DNA of 64,000 nucleotides, from contig NW_027271245.1 in assembly GCF_040938485.1 (NCBI RefSeq), positions 62,001-126,000 on the forward strand, given 5' to 3'. The translations under genes and the position numbers were made by a program. Below the pieces are notes generated by a model. That model ran no database searches, was not told the DNA's origin, and saw nothing but the letters and a program-made list of their open reading frames with translations. Shown here piece after piece: positions 26,295-38,569 of the stretch; position 1 is the first letter of the stretch, and the number at the start of each line of letters is the position of its first letter. This stretch comes from Diadema antillarum (Eukaryota).

Positions 26295-26560
26295 ATGGCC
26301 GTGATAGGCGTGTGCGATTCAGGACAGGAATCCAGCATCAAAAGTTTGCTCCATGAACTCCGAGATCTTTCATCTAGGAGTGGTGGCGAAGTGAGATTCA
26401 TCCAGCTACCATACAGCGACCTGGACAGCTTTGAGCTGGCACGTGGCATAGTGGATGGAATCATTCTCTGCCACTCCATCCACAATCGCCGTTTTTCCAT
26501 CACCGATGTCGATGATGCCCTGTACGATAAGTTTCTGCCTCGCATGGCAGAGACGTTTTG
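26295..26560 (+). pseudogene. Paralogue P3 exon A (extra T before the donor; pseudogene or sequencing error)
   Basis: MAVIGVCDS...ILCHSIHNRRFSITDV; ends ACG TTT TG|GTGAGT versus ACT TTT G|GTGAGC in P6. Confidence 0.75.
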
Positions 26561-26892
26561 GTGAGTCGAATCAGTTTGTGTTTGATAATTCAGTCAATAT
26601 AAGAACTGTTGAGAAATGAAAACACAAACTGGGATCATAAGTGCATGATTGTCTTGATCATTACAGATCTATTACCGACAATGTTCTTAAATTTCTCACC
26701 AAAACAGTCGAGCTATACCAGTACAGGTACATGTTTATAAAAATTATGAAGGGAGTACAATAGCTAAAACTAGAGATACAGGATATTCAACTAATGTAAT
26801 CAATTTCATTCACAACACAATTCATTACGCTTAAACACGTCTGGATGTTTGCTTTTGTGTGTGTGTGTGTGGTGTGTGTGTGTGTGCGTGAG

Positions 26893-27668
26893 CAGAGCTA
26901 CCAAGTCTCACGCATTCTGCGTGAGACTAAAGCATTTAGGGGGCCGTCTCACGATCTCACGCATGGCACCCATTTTTCTCACGCATCGGGCGAAGTCCGC
27001 AACTTGGGCCTATAATAATGAGCATAGCTCAAAAGATTATAGTGATAGTTGCAAATGAAGGCATATTTCCCTTTTGTCTTTCGCAAAATAAGTAAAAAAA
27101 TGGTCACTTAAAGGGGATGGCTAGGAGGGGTCCTAAACCGATCAGTGGGAATCAGTGGGAATGCTGAGGGATGATTGTTCCAATCCTTGTGGGATTCATT
27201 TAAGAGTACATTATATATCTACTGTTGTGTGAAAATTATTTGCTTCAGAACGGTCTCATATTCAAGTAATGTGCAGATTAATACCCCATCACTGACCAGG
27301 CACACTAACCTGGAAACATTAAAACTGCACTTTACTTGATTATGAGACCATTCTGAAGCAAATAATTTTCACACAACAATAGATATATAATGTACTCTTA
27401 AATGAATCCCACAAGGATTGGAACAAATCATCCTCCAGCATTCCCACGGATTCCTACTGATCAGTTACTAGCCATCCTCTTTAAGTATGCACCTGATTGC
27501 ACCATTAAGAGCTCAAAATTGAAAAATCTCGACCGTGGGAGGCCACGGGGGGGGGGGGGGGGAAAGAAACCCCTCCCACACCCTCGCTCGCGCACACATT
27601 CGCATGCCGAGATGCCGAGTCATGAAAATCTCACTCATACAATTTTTTTTTTGAACTTGGCATCACTG
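26893..27668. mobile_element. DNA transposon-like insertion with 6-bp target-site duplication (CGTGAG)
   Basis: TIRs CAGAGCTACCAAGT / ACTTGGCATCACTG; CGTGAG at 26887-26892 and 27669-27674; single empty site in P4 at 29660-29665. Confidence 0.8.
27112..27480. mobile_element. Palindromic Kolobok-like MITE nested in 26893-27668
   Basis: TTAA|AGGGGATGGCTAG...CTAGCCATCCTCT|TTAA; arms complementary over ~165 bp. Confidence 0.85.
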
Positions 27669-27817
27669 CGTGAGAGTTTGAAAAATGTTTAAATACATGT
27701 ATTATAAAATGAATGGTTCATTTGAGATGTGTACGTAATCAACACGTTAACTTAGTACACCGTATTTCACGCAAAGTTCAGTGAAGTATAATCAATTTAC
27801 GTTACTTTGAATTGTAG

Positions 27818-28265
27818 GGAAGAACAACGTGGCTGTGATCGTGTATGATTTCCCATGGCACACACACAAAGGGGAGTGAAGAGAGAAGCTCCATCCATCG
27901 TGTTCGCATGGGACAGCTTCCGTATCAAACAGCCCGCCACCTTCGAGTGTAGCAAGCTGGCGATCACCTGTGGCAGGCTGGATTCCACGCTGGAGATTGA
28001 CATCGAGGACAGAGAGAACTTGGCGGTGTTTCTACAGAATGTCCAGCTCCGCACCCGCGAGCCCCGCAAACGCAAGTCTTTACTTGAAGTCTTGTTTCTT
28101 GGTGGAGTGGGAGCACTCTTTCTTGCAGCTTCTTATATCCTGTGCACACGCATCCTGTACAAGCTTAAGACCTTCTTTTTTGAAGAAATTGTTCCTCGTT
28201 GGAGCAGGCTCATCAACACACCGGTCTTAATTTGTAATATAAGTAGTCTGTTAGATTGCAGTTAA
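27818..28265 (+). pseudogene. Paralogue P3 exon B (two +1 insertions relative to P4)
   Basis: Acceptor TTGTAG|GG; NVAVIVYDFPW then frame breaks at AAAGGGGAGTGA and ATGGGACAGC; resumes FRIKQPATF...CGRLD...LLEVLFLGGVGALFLAASYILC. Confidence 0.75.
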
Positions 28266-28909
28266 GATTTCAGGTTGTTGTAGTTGAAAAAGTGCAAACT
28301 TCGCACCTTTGATTGGCAGCGTTTATTTTACTGCCCCATTATCTTTGAGCTCTATGATTATTAATATGTTTATTTCTTTCTTTTATTTGAAAGCCAGTTC
28401 ATTGATGTAAGTAATGTTCAAAGTTCAAAGTTCAAGTTTATTTGAACTATTTTATTGGTCCAGTTACTTTCTCATAAACTTTTTTTATTTTGTTTGGTAA
28501 GCTTGTCTTATTTTTTTTCACGGCGACATATGGAGAGGATCATGGGCCTGTCAAGTGTTATACGCAATAAACTCCCGCGCTACATTTTATCTTGTCGTAA
28601 GCTAGAATAAGTTTCTTTCAATATGCCAGAGCATTTTCAGCGCTCACCAATATAGGGTGCATCTCAATGATACCAGCGTGAGTGATACAACCGTTTAGAA
28701 ATAACTTAATGATAATAATAATTAATTCATTGAAAGCTAGGCTTACACTCTTTCGTTGCATATAATTTTTATGGTTAGACAATTACTTTATCTCGGGCAA
28801 GCATGCATCCAATCAAAACAACAATATACCTGTAGGCCTGCACATACGGGTACCGTACCGGAAGAATGCGCATGTTTCAATCCCAGCAAAGGACTAAAAA
28901 GAAAATGTA

Positions 28910-28954
<45 letters not shown>

Positions 28955-29044
28955 TATAAGGCCACAAGTTCTTTATCTCATGACAATAATTATATCTTCG
29001 GCCAACCAATTATTCTTTTCTTACAGTTTTTCACCATACAAGAT

Positions 29045-29336
29045 ATGGCCCTGGCAATACTCTTCGATACGAAGGCCGTGATAGGCGTGTGCGATTCAGG
29101 ACAGGAATCCAGCATCAAAAATTTGCTCCATGAACTCCGAGATCTTTCGTCTAGGAGTGGTGGCGAAGTGAGATTCATCCAGCTACCATACAGCGACCTG
29201 GACAGCTTTGAGCTGGCACGTGGCACAGTGGATGGAATTATTCTCTGTCACTCCATCCACAATCGCCGTTTCTCCATCACCGATGTCGATGATGCCCTGT
29301 ACGATAAGTTTCTGCCTTGCATGGCAGAGACTTATG
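29045..29336 (+). CDS. Paralogue P4 coding exon A
   Basis: MALAILFDTKAVIGVCDS...ILCHSIHNRRFSITDV; donor G|GTGAGT, phase 1. Confidence 0.8.
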
Positions 29337-29801
29337 GTGAGTCGAATTAGTTTGTGTTTTGATGATTCAGTCAATATAAGAACTGTGGAAAATGAAAACA
29401 CAAACTGGGATCATAAGTGCATGATTGTCTTGATCATAACAGATCTGTTACCGACAATGTTCTTGAATTTCTCACCAAACAGTCAAGCTATACCAGTTAT
29501 GAAAATTATGAAGGACGTACAATAGCTAAAACTAGAGATACAGGATATTCAACTAATGTAATCAATTTCATTCACAACACAATTCATTACGCTTAAACAC
29601 AGCTGGGTGGTTGTTGTTGTTGTTTTGTGTGTGTGTGTGTGTATTTGTGTGTGTGTGTGCGTGAGAGTTTGAAAAATGTAAAATATTATAAAATTAATGG
29701 TTCATATGAGATGTGTACGGAATCAACACGTTAACTTAGTACACCGTATTTCACGCAAAGTTCAGTGAAGTATAATCAATTTACGTTACTTTGAACTGTA
29801 G

Positions 29802-30286
29802 GGAAGAACAACGTGGCTGTGATCGTGTATGATTTCCCATGGCACACACACAGAGGAAGTGAAGAGAGGAGCTCCATCCATCATGTTCGCATGGCCACCT
29901 TCCGTATCAAACAGCCCACCACCTTCGAGTGTAGCAAGCTGGCGATCACCTGTGGCAGGCTGGATACCACGCTGGAGATTGACATCGAGGACAGAGAGAA
30001 CTTGGCCGTGTTTGTGCAGAATGTCCAGCCCCGCAGACGCCTGTCTTTACTTAAAGTCTTGTTAATTCTTGGTGGAGCTGGAGCGCTCATTCATGCAGCT
30101 CTGAAGTTGAAGACCTTTGTTGAAAAAATTGTTCCTGCTTTGAGCAGGCTCATCAACACAGCGGGCTTACTTTATAATACAAGTAGTCTGTTAGATCAGG
30201 GAGGAGCACCTCCCAGGTTAGATAACAATTGGATTTCATTTTTCTATCCATTCCCAGACATGTCCATCTTTAGGCCACCATGGTAA
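29802..30286 (+). CDS. Paralogue P4 coding exon B (258 aa in total), hydrophobic helix in tail
   Basis: Acceptor CTGTAG|GG; GKNNVAVIVYDFPW...KQPTTF...CGRLD...LSLLKVLLILGGAGALIHAAL. Confidence 0.85.
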
Positions 30287-31905
30287 TAAAGAGATGACCC
30301 AACTTTTTTCTTCTTTTCATGTTGTTGTAGTTGAAAAAGTGCACACTTCGCACCATTGATTGGCAGCGTTTATCTTATGGTCCCATTTTCTTTGAGCTGT
30401 ATGATTATGAATATGTTTATTTCTTTTTTTTTAAATTTGAAAGCCATTTCATTAATGTAAGTAAGGTTCAAAGTTCAACGTTCAAATTTATCTGAGCTTT
30501 TTTTTATTGGTCCAGTTACTTTCTCATGAACTTTTTAACTTTCCTTCTCAGCTGATTGTTTCATTGGCGTAGATTTTCCCCCGCACAATAGTTTCAATGT
30601 TTTTTTGCCATCTGTAAAATGGCAGAACCGCCGCTGGCAGTTCTCCTCTCCCCATACATGCGTCGTGTTGCAAAGTAGCTTTATATTACGCAAGGACGCA
30701 ACCTACACAAAGTAAAATGGCGCCCCAGAGGATCATTTCATCAAGTATAGCTCTCTGCGTCATGATTCGAGTGGATGCAATCGTTAATGACCCAGAACCG
30801 ACCGTGCAAACTCGGACGACTCGAGGTCGATTTTCATACGCAAATGTGCGCATGCTCTGAACAGTGTTTCTTCCTCCGAACGTCCGCGTCGCGAAAATCT
30901 AAAGCTCCCTCAGGACGTTGCATCTCTCATCTCAGTTTCAATACTTTCTTGATTACGAATACGAGATCATACATAAAGTCTTATATGATTATGTTACTCT
31001 TGGTTAGGGCCTATCATCTTCAATTAACAATGATAGAATGACTCCACGATAAAGGAACAATGAATCGAGTTTTATTGATTAATAATCTTATTTCTCCATT
31101 CAAACTGTTATACAGTTAACATTTGCCATGTGCTAAGGACGCGTTTCTCATTGTTGAATGAGATAATTCCGTGATTGATAGACTGAGGACTCATTAGGTG
31201 TCCAATTGAATAAATGTTAAACAATAATACACCCATGCTTGATTATGTAACCTTGAAACGTACATTCTATTCTTCATAGTGGTGAAAACATGCAATACCC
31301 TCAGTACTATGCGCACACACATTTACACACAAACCTATACATAAAAGAGAGTAATTTTAACTGGAGCACCGTATAGAGGATGATGTACTCAAGTTCAAGT
31401 TCAAGTTAATTTGTTTCATTTCCAACAAAATAATTAGGAATACAATGAAATGTTCGCATATACAGATAATGTCACAAAATCGGTACAACAATATGATGCA
31501 CATAGTAATATGTAATAATGACATAGCTATAGAAATAAATATTATATCATTATGGTAAAGTCAGAAACAAAATTGCTGGAAATGAAGGGGACTGCTAAAC
31601 AGCAGAGCTTGTAGTATGCAGGCCCCTTATAAAAAAAAATCAAATTGCAAAAAAAAAAGAGATCTCTTGAGCCGTATACTTTTCAATAAAAATGTCAACA
31701 ATACATCCGTCTGAATTCAAATTTTCTTCTCTTCTCTTTGTTATCTACGTGATTTTGTAACCTTCTCTACCTTTTCCTTCCTCCTTTCTTGTTCATCCAT
31801 CGCCTCCCAACGACCTCCGAAGGCTTGATACCTGATCCTCACCCTATTCTTCCTTACATTTGTCCCTGTCTCCTATATTCACCCGTCTCCACTAGTGCGA
31901 CTTAA

Positions 31906-31991
31906 CCCTTTCTGTGCCAGGCACATTTGACAGTGTGTACAATGCTATATGGTCTTTGCTGTGCCAATCAGCATTCGAAGCACACAAAGGG
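31906..31991. mobile_element. 86-bp piggyBac-like mini-MITE
   Basis: TTAA|CCCTTTCTGTGC...GCACACAAAGGG|TTAA. Confidence 0.75.
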
Positions 31992-33201
31992 TTAAAGGAA
32001 ACCTCTGGATGATTTTCAGACTTTTACATTTGAACAACTGTAAATTAGTAAAACTGAGTACGGAGTTTCAGAATTTATATATAGTGATTAGGATGAGTCT
32101 ATGAGAATGTTTTCAAAATTTATAACAAATTGCAATGAACAAGGATAATAACATGGCATCCTCGCCTTAAGAATGCATGAGTTGGCTCTCAAGGAAGCAG
32201 AACAAAAAGAAAAAGGCATACAAAATTCTTCACAGGTGAACTTGTTAAGCAGGCGATATTTTGCAATGGAAGTACACTGCATTCCGAAAATATGTGAGGC
32301 TCTGATGTCATCAACGCTGTTCAGTGTAATTTTTAAAAGATTTTCAGTTAATTGGTTTCTCTGCTCAATTAGGACGACAATGGATTCCACGAATCTATAC
32401 ATAGAGCTGTCGATTTATGTATTAGACGATGTGAAATTATGAAAATCGTCTGGAATGTCCCTTTAAACTTCCAGCTCACCGCTCTCCAGTTTGCCTTCAT
32501 TATAATTCTCCCCTGCGAACCCGTCTCCCTCGTTTACACCACCATGGCAGTATATCCTTTTCATACATAGGCGCAGCAGAATGGAACAGATTGCCATAAT
32601 TGTTATCATGTAAATCAGGCCCCAACAGAAGACACGATTATACAATTTGAACATCAAAAATTTGGGCAGCCAACATTGGTGTGATTAGAAATCCATGAAA
32701 GCTAACTAACCAAAATTTGTGTTTAGTGTAGGTATTATACGTACAATGTATATTGTTGAATTGATGCGCATCTATACTTCATTGCATTTTTATTGTGTAT
32801 TTCCAATGTCAGCCATGTGATATATATCAATACTTCATATTCATGTTATTGTTATGTCATATTTAGATACAGGAATCCCAAGAATATCAGTATACAATCA
32901 ATGACCGGCCGGGTTACCCTGTTTAGATAAGGCAAATAGATAAATAGATAAAATGCAAACCTTCCAACAAAATAAAAGCCAACAACTTTTTGAAGTAAGT
33001 TTGGCACAGCTGACAAATTCCTGCCGCAGCTATCAACCATTAAAATTTACTATAGTCCCACTGTCAGTGCCTCATGCTGCATGTAGTTATAGTGTGTTTT
33101 GGAGTTCAATATGATATTTGACTTGCAGAGACTGTACTATGGAACAAGACATTTATTTGGATTTTTCTTGTTAAGTGGTGGACATTTATCTATTCAAATT
33201 T

Positions 33202-33352
33202 GGGCCCAGTTTTATAAAATTTGTTTTCAGTGAAAAGTTACGATAGCTTTTTATAAGCTACTGAAATCTTTGAATCTGATTGGCTGAGAGCATTAATTTG
33301 CCATAGAAATGTGGCAGTTGTCACTGATAACAGGTTTTGTGAAACGGAACCC
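33202..33352. mobile_element. Degenerate PIF/Harbinger-like MITE
   Basis: GGGCCCAGTTTTATAAAA / TTTTGTGAAACGGAACCC termini; internal TGATTGGCTGAG shared (reverse complement) with 38275-38424. Confidence 0.5.
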
Positions 33353-34599
33353 AGGTTGAGCTTTATACGTCATTATGAGTAGAAATGAAGTCAAATGGGA
33401 ATTTACCAAACAGTGAAATTTAAGGAAAGTCGTACAATCCATTTAGAAGTTCTGACTTTGAAATTCTAAATCCATAATGCTATATGCCGTCAACACCGGA
33501 AGAGAAGGCTACGCCCACTGGTATGTCACGGTGATAAGAGTACAATGGCTCCTTTGATTGCCTGTCGAAAAATACATTGTTTTTAAATTATTTTGCTTTT
33601 ATTTCACTGTTTTAATGGCTCGGTTCCACAGTATAGCATTGACTTGATCAGCCAATACATTAACTCTAGACATTTACGTTCCCAGAATTCTGACCCCTTG
33701 TCATCATAAAATCTAAATATTTTACGCGAAGCGGTGGGAACAAACTTTCGCCCACGCCGCCGGCTCTCCTTCATGGATCTCCGTCCCTATTTTTTTTTTT
33801 TTATTCTGTTGAAATGTTTAAAATAATCTCAAGAAGTATTTGTTTGATATGGCTTACAATAATTGATTATTATCATTTTCATTATGTCCTGTACTGCTAT
33901 TATCTCTCGTTTTCTATCTCTGATGTACTCGTATGTAGTTCGTATATTTTGCACATGATTACGCCGAGAGCATTTATTCATTAGAGTGATTTGGCACCTT
34001 AAATTGCATTTATTATTGTTATTATTACAATAAAAAGCAAGGAATTAAACAGAATACCACATTTTCATTTACAGGCGCAATAAAAGAGCATGTTCATTGC
34101 CTCCATCCTTATGGTGGTGTAGCTGTAGAATATCCCCATTGACACACATGTATGTAAGAAACAGGTTGACGAAATGTGCACCCTTCATATCATTTTTAAA
34201 AAGACGGGCGTTGTATAGTCTTGTCATCCGGCTATGACGTCACAAGGGTTTATCTAATCGGGCTTTAAAGAATTACACAATTTGAATGTATTGTATTATA
34301 GAAATATCTTTGTGCTTGCTTCACCAATATGTTCTGATATTTTGTAGCATTCATTTCATCAACCTTGTTCGTGGGGGGGGGGGGGGAGGGGGAATCTCCC
34401 TGTATAAGTTCGTTGTTCAAACACATATGATTTTGTTTCATTTGCACATCTCGTAGAGCACGAAGATATAGAACCTAAAATGCGCACTGCAATTTAAGAT
34501 TGATTAAAAGCATTCTATAAAGTGCACCATGTAATGTTGCTATCGACAGCAGAAGTAGTTGTAGACGCTTTAGTTACAATTTGTATGTTGTAGTGTAGT

Positions 34600-35160
34600 C
34601 TCAGTCGTAGTAGTAGTGGTAGTAGTAGCGGTAGTAGTAGTTGTAGTCGTAGTATAGTAGCAGAGATCAAATAACAAGTTTGGTCTTTTATGTCTTAAAA
34701 TAACCGTTGCTGTATGCCAGTAACAGAAGAGTAACAGAAGAACATGCTGGCTCAAATTTTCCTACTGTCTCTGTTCTGCCATGGACGTCACTGCCCGTTG
34801 GCGATCACTGATGCAGTAAGCCTCCTCCAGCTTCCCTGTCGTGCGAGTGATGTATGTAATGACGATGCTCTCTCGCCAGCTATCCCAGCCATTGTGGAAA
34901 GGATCGCGAGTCGTTGTCGTCCACGTGATCTCTTTCCATTTACAAATCCAGTCAGGACTATGATGTTCCGTTTGCCTTTTCCGCGCGACGTGACCCCAAA
35001 AAACTGCATCTGGCGTTTCCTGATGGTCGAGAGCAGCTCACGTTCAGCCGACACCATTTCTAACACTTATGTGTTTGATTTTATCATTGTCCATGATATT
35101 CTCAACATTCTCCTGTATAGCACCACATCTCAAAACTTTCTATTCTGTGTCTCTTCGCTT
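34600..35160 (-). mobile_element. 5'-truncated RTE-clade LINE
   Basis: ORF 34788-35066: IRKRQMQFFG...GFVNGKRSRGRQR typical of RTE C-termini; 3' (ACT)n-like tail. Confidence 0.75.
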
Positions 35161-36039
35161 TGTTAACTGTCCATGTCTCTGGGCCACTGTGCTCCTGTAT
35201 TCAGAATGTTGCAGCATGAAGACGCCCAAAGTATTTAGTAATCGTGTAATCCGAAGAGGAAGAACACAAGAGATAATGCTATATTAAAGTCATGAGAGAC
35301 AGGACGATTTCATGAATGAATAGCCACACATTTTCTATATAATTCACTGTAATCATTCAACATGATTGAATGGCTGAGTTGTATATAACCAACAGGCTGT
35401 CTTAGACATCTTTTGCATCTGCCAAAGGGTAATAGCAAACCTTTCCGGAACATTAAAAATGTAAAGCATTATTTTGGAAAACAAAATATTCAGCAAAGAT
35501 TACGTGTAACATATCTGCCACACATAGTGATGTTTAAAGCTTTGAAAATACGTCATAGCATCAAATGTTGTATGTATGTGCTCTTCTTCTTATATAAATT
35601 TGTCAAGTAATTGCAATAAACACCAATTTACAGCTTGGATGCAACACATGTCATCATAAGGCTGATTGATGATGATAAAGACATCAAAGTGCATTGTAGA
35701 TGACGGAGGAGAACGCGGTTAAGAATGAAATAGATGGAACGAGGAAAAAGAAAAAAGTTCAATTGAAGATGTGTCGATATGAGCATGATATACTAATGGG
35801 CTATATAGGGAAATGCACGGTAACTGTGTAGAGATGAATGCGTGCATGTCTGTTTGCTCGTGTCTGCATGTATACAATGCCAATGGGGATGTGTGCATTT
35901 TAGTGACATTTTGATCCTACGATAGGTTCACAGGTTAGCAGGTTATTTCAAATGTTTAATAAAGAGCTATTAATAAGGTCATATTTCAGTCATATACACA
36001 CTACAAAACACCTGTCTGCAAAATATTGCAGACAGGATA

Positions 36040-36630
36040 AAATACCAGCATTGTCTCATGGTCTTTAAAATTTTGAACAGGTTTGCACCGCCTTACTTGA
36101 ATCGCCTGATCACACAGCGACCCGTTTATTATGTAACACGGTATGCTACCAACAGTCCACTGTTTGTTCCTCAGGTTAACACTGAGTACAAAAAACGTAG
36201 CTTTTCTTATTATGGTCCAATGCTCTTTAATAAGTTACCCCTTCCCGTCCAGACGCCGAGTTCATTGCCTCTTTTCAAGAAACACTGCCGACCATTGCTA
36301 CATACTATATGATCTTAGGTTGTGAAGCATGGTAGAAAATAATGTTTGTTTGTTTTTTGCTCATTTGATTATACATTGAGTTGAGTTGATATATGTACCA
36401 CATGTTATTGTAATACACTGGTACCCCTCTAGTACCCTTTGTGAATGTACTTGTAAATACAGTATATAATTCGTTTGTTTGTTTGTTTGTTTTTGTGTAG
36501 GTCACCTATTGTTTGTTTTTACCTGAAAGTTTATGTATGCATTGTATTATTGTATACAGAGCTTCCTTGAAAAGCTGTCAGCAGAACTGAACGGAATGTC
36601 CCTGTTAAAACATGTTGTGAATAAATAAAT
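36040..36630 (+). mobile_element. L2/CR1-type LINE 3' end
   Basis: VFKILNRFAPPYL...RSFSYYGPMLFNKLP...SLPLFK, then 3' UTR ending in AATAAATAAAT. Confidence 0.7.
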
Positions 36631-37929
36631 ACTACTTTAACAGAATCTTTTAAGAATGTGCCTCAAAATAAAAATTCACTTTGCGTTCATGTTGACTTTA
36701 ACCCCCTCCCCCTCAAAAAAAAAGTAAAATTAAACAAACAATCAAGGTCCTTTGAAATTGGACAAAAGTTGCCATGTTCATCGTTCGTATGTGCTTTCCA
36801 AGAAGGTGATGACTGTCTATATTCATTAAAATTTGCAAATTACATGAAGTGATGATGCCATTGCCCAGTTAAGTCTCTCATTCGCTTGCACACATTATAT
36901 TCCCTGTAATAATGCGTGCTGTTAAACTCGAATTCACGACGAAAATCTATTATCAGTGTGCTCTGCATGGAGTGGTAATGATTCGGCAATATGGCGTTGT
37001 AACCCGAGGAGGAAGTAACAGGAAAAGGATTCCTGACACTGACACCAATACTATGACTGTGTGATATTTTCTGTATGTAAAAGAAAGAATTGGAGACTTA
37101 TCATCATGTTGTAAGGATTTTTTTTAAAGACTTTATGAGGTCCTACTATATAAATTGTTATGTTATTCAGTTCATTTCAATTTTATTCTATTTTATTTTC
37201 CACGTAGGAAATTTGTTTCGTTTGCATGCATACACATTAATTTGGTAAAAACATTTAAAAGAGATAATATAGCAATAAACATAGATACATATAGGCCTAC
37301 ATGGATATGGTAGACATTATAGAACAATACAACATCAATATCAATGTCGAAAGATACAAGTACATAACATTCGAGGAATTCTACCTCTTATTGAATGTAA
37401 TAATCATTATAATATGAATATACAAATAAATAAATATTACATTATATTATGTCGAATTGATACCGGTATCCAAATAACACATTCATCACACATTGTGTTG
37501 AATGCCCTCCTTCTTTAAACCAAGATTAAAAACAAAACAAAACAAACAAGTCAGTATTTGGGTCCGCTCAGACATGCTGAACTTTAAATGTCATACATTC
37601 TTACCATGTGTTTTTGTATTTGTATTAATTTGTATTGATCTGTATTTCAATGGTTTTTTCTGTGCTTGTGCTTATAGTGACATTTGTGTGTGTGAGTGTG
37701 TGTGTGTAAGTTTGTACGTATGTGTGTAATTTGCATATACGTAGGCCTATTTTTATACCCGAGTGTAGCTGATATGTTTGCGTGAAGTGTAAAACTAGCT
37801 TTGAATTATTCACAGTACATTTACAATTAGCTTTACGAAATACTGAAAAGTTGTAACCGGTAGGAAGACTATAAAGTCGTTAAAAAAAAATTTGGTGGTC
37901 ATGAGACAAACACAATGGAAATGAAAACC

Positions 37930-38129
37930 GGGGATTCCCTCTGCAAATCAAACAGTCATGATAACCTATATACCTGTTTACAGATTACAGGATGTTCTGT
38001 CACATGGCTATACGACCACGGAGATGACGTATTGCACGTATCGACCCTGCAATGGTCATTCGACATTTTGACGTGTTTTACGTTGTGGAAGGTTTGCCAT
38101 GTTGAATGATCGATGTACAAGATGCTTTG
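37930..38129 (+). promoter_or_regulatory. P5 putative kB site (GGGGATTCCC, 37930-37939) and non-coding first exon (donor TTG|GTAAGT at 38130)
   Basis: Reverse complement of GGGAATCCCC; same site-donor geometry as the other copies; assignment to P5 (3.7 kb away) is inferred. Confidence 0.5.
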
Positions 38130-38274
38130 GTAAGTAACGACTACTCTAATTTTTGAACTTTTATATCCGTTAAATTGATGTCGAGCTTAAACTCACAACC
38201 GCATTTATAAAGTGAGGCGGGGGGGGGGGGGGCTGAGGAAACTGAAGGAAGAACAATTACAGTGGTCTGATCAG

Positions 38275-38424
38275 GGGGGTGTTTCATCAACCTTTGTCAG
38301 CGCAAAAAGTTGTTATCGCTGACAATCACCATAGTAACAGTCAGTGACCAGAGCATCTCAGCCAATCAAAACCAAGGATTTTGCTGAAATTGTCAGCGCT
38401 GACAAACGTTGATGAAACACCCCC
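38275..38424. mobile_element. PIF/Harbinger-like MITE with 3-bp target-site duplication (CAG)
   Basis: CAG|GGGGGTGTTTCATCAAC...GTTGATGAAACACCCCC|CAG. Confidence 0.75.
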
Positions 38425-38569
38425 CAGGGTGGTGCAAACGTATAGTATCAGGCAGTAGGCCTATAGGGCCTACTTATAAAAACATTCTGACATTGGCAAC
38501 GAAAGTAGCTGATACATTGTGCAAATCGGCTATTGATGGGCATATATAAAATTACGTTGGCGTAGGCTA

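Noticed and set aside
32088-32657. Short ORFs (e.g. MHELALKEAEQKEK) as a host gene or gag fragment
   Set aside because: No recognisable motif or consistent exon chain; cannot be supported without a search.
34390-34399. kB-like GGGAATCTCC
   Set aside because: Abuts a poly-G run; no consensus donor or family exon nearby; treated as chance, though a decayed promoter is not excluded.
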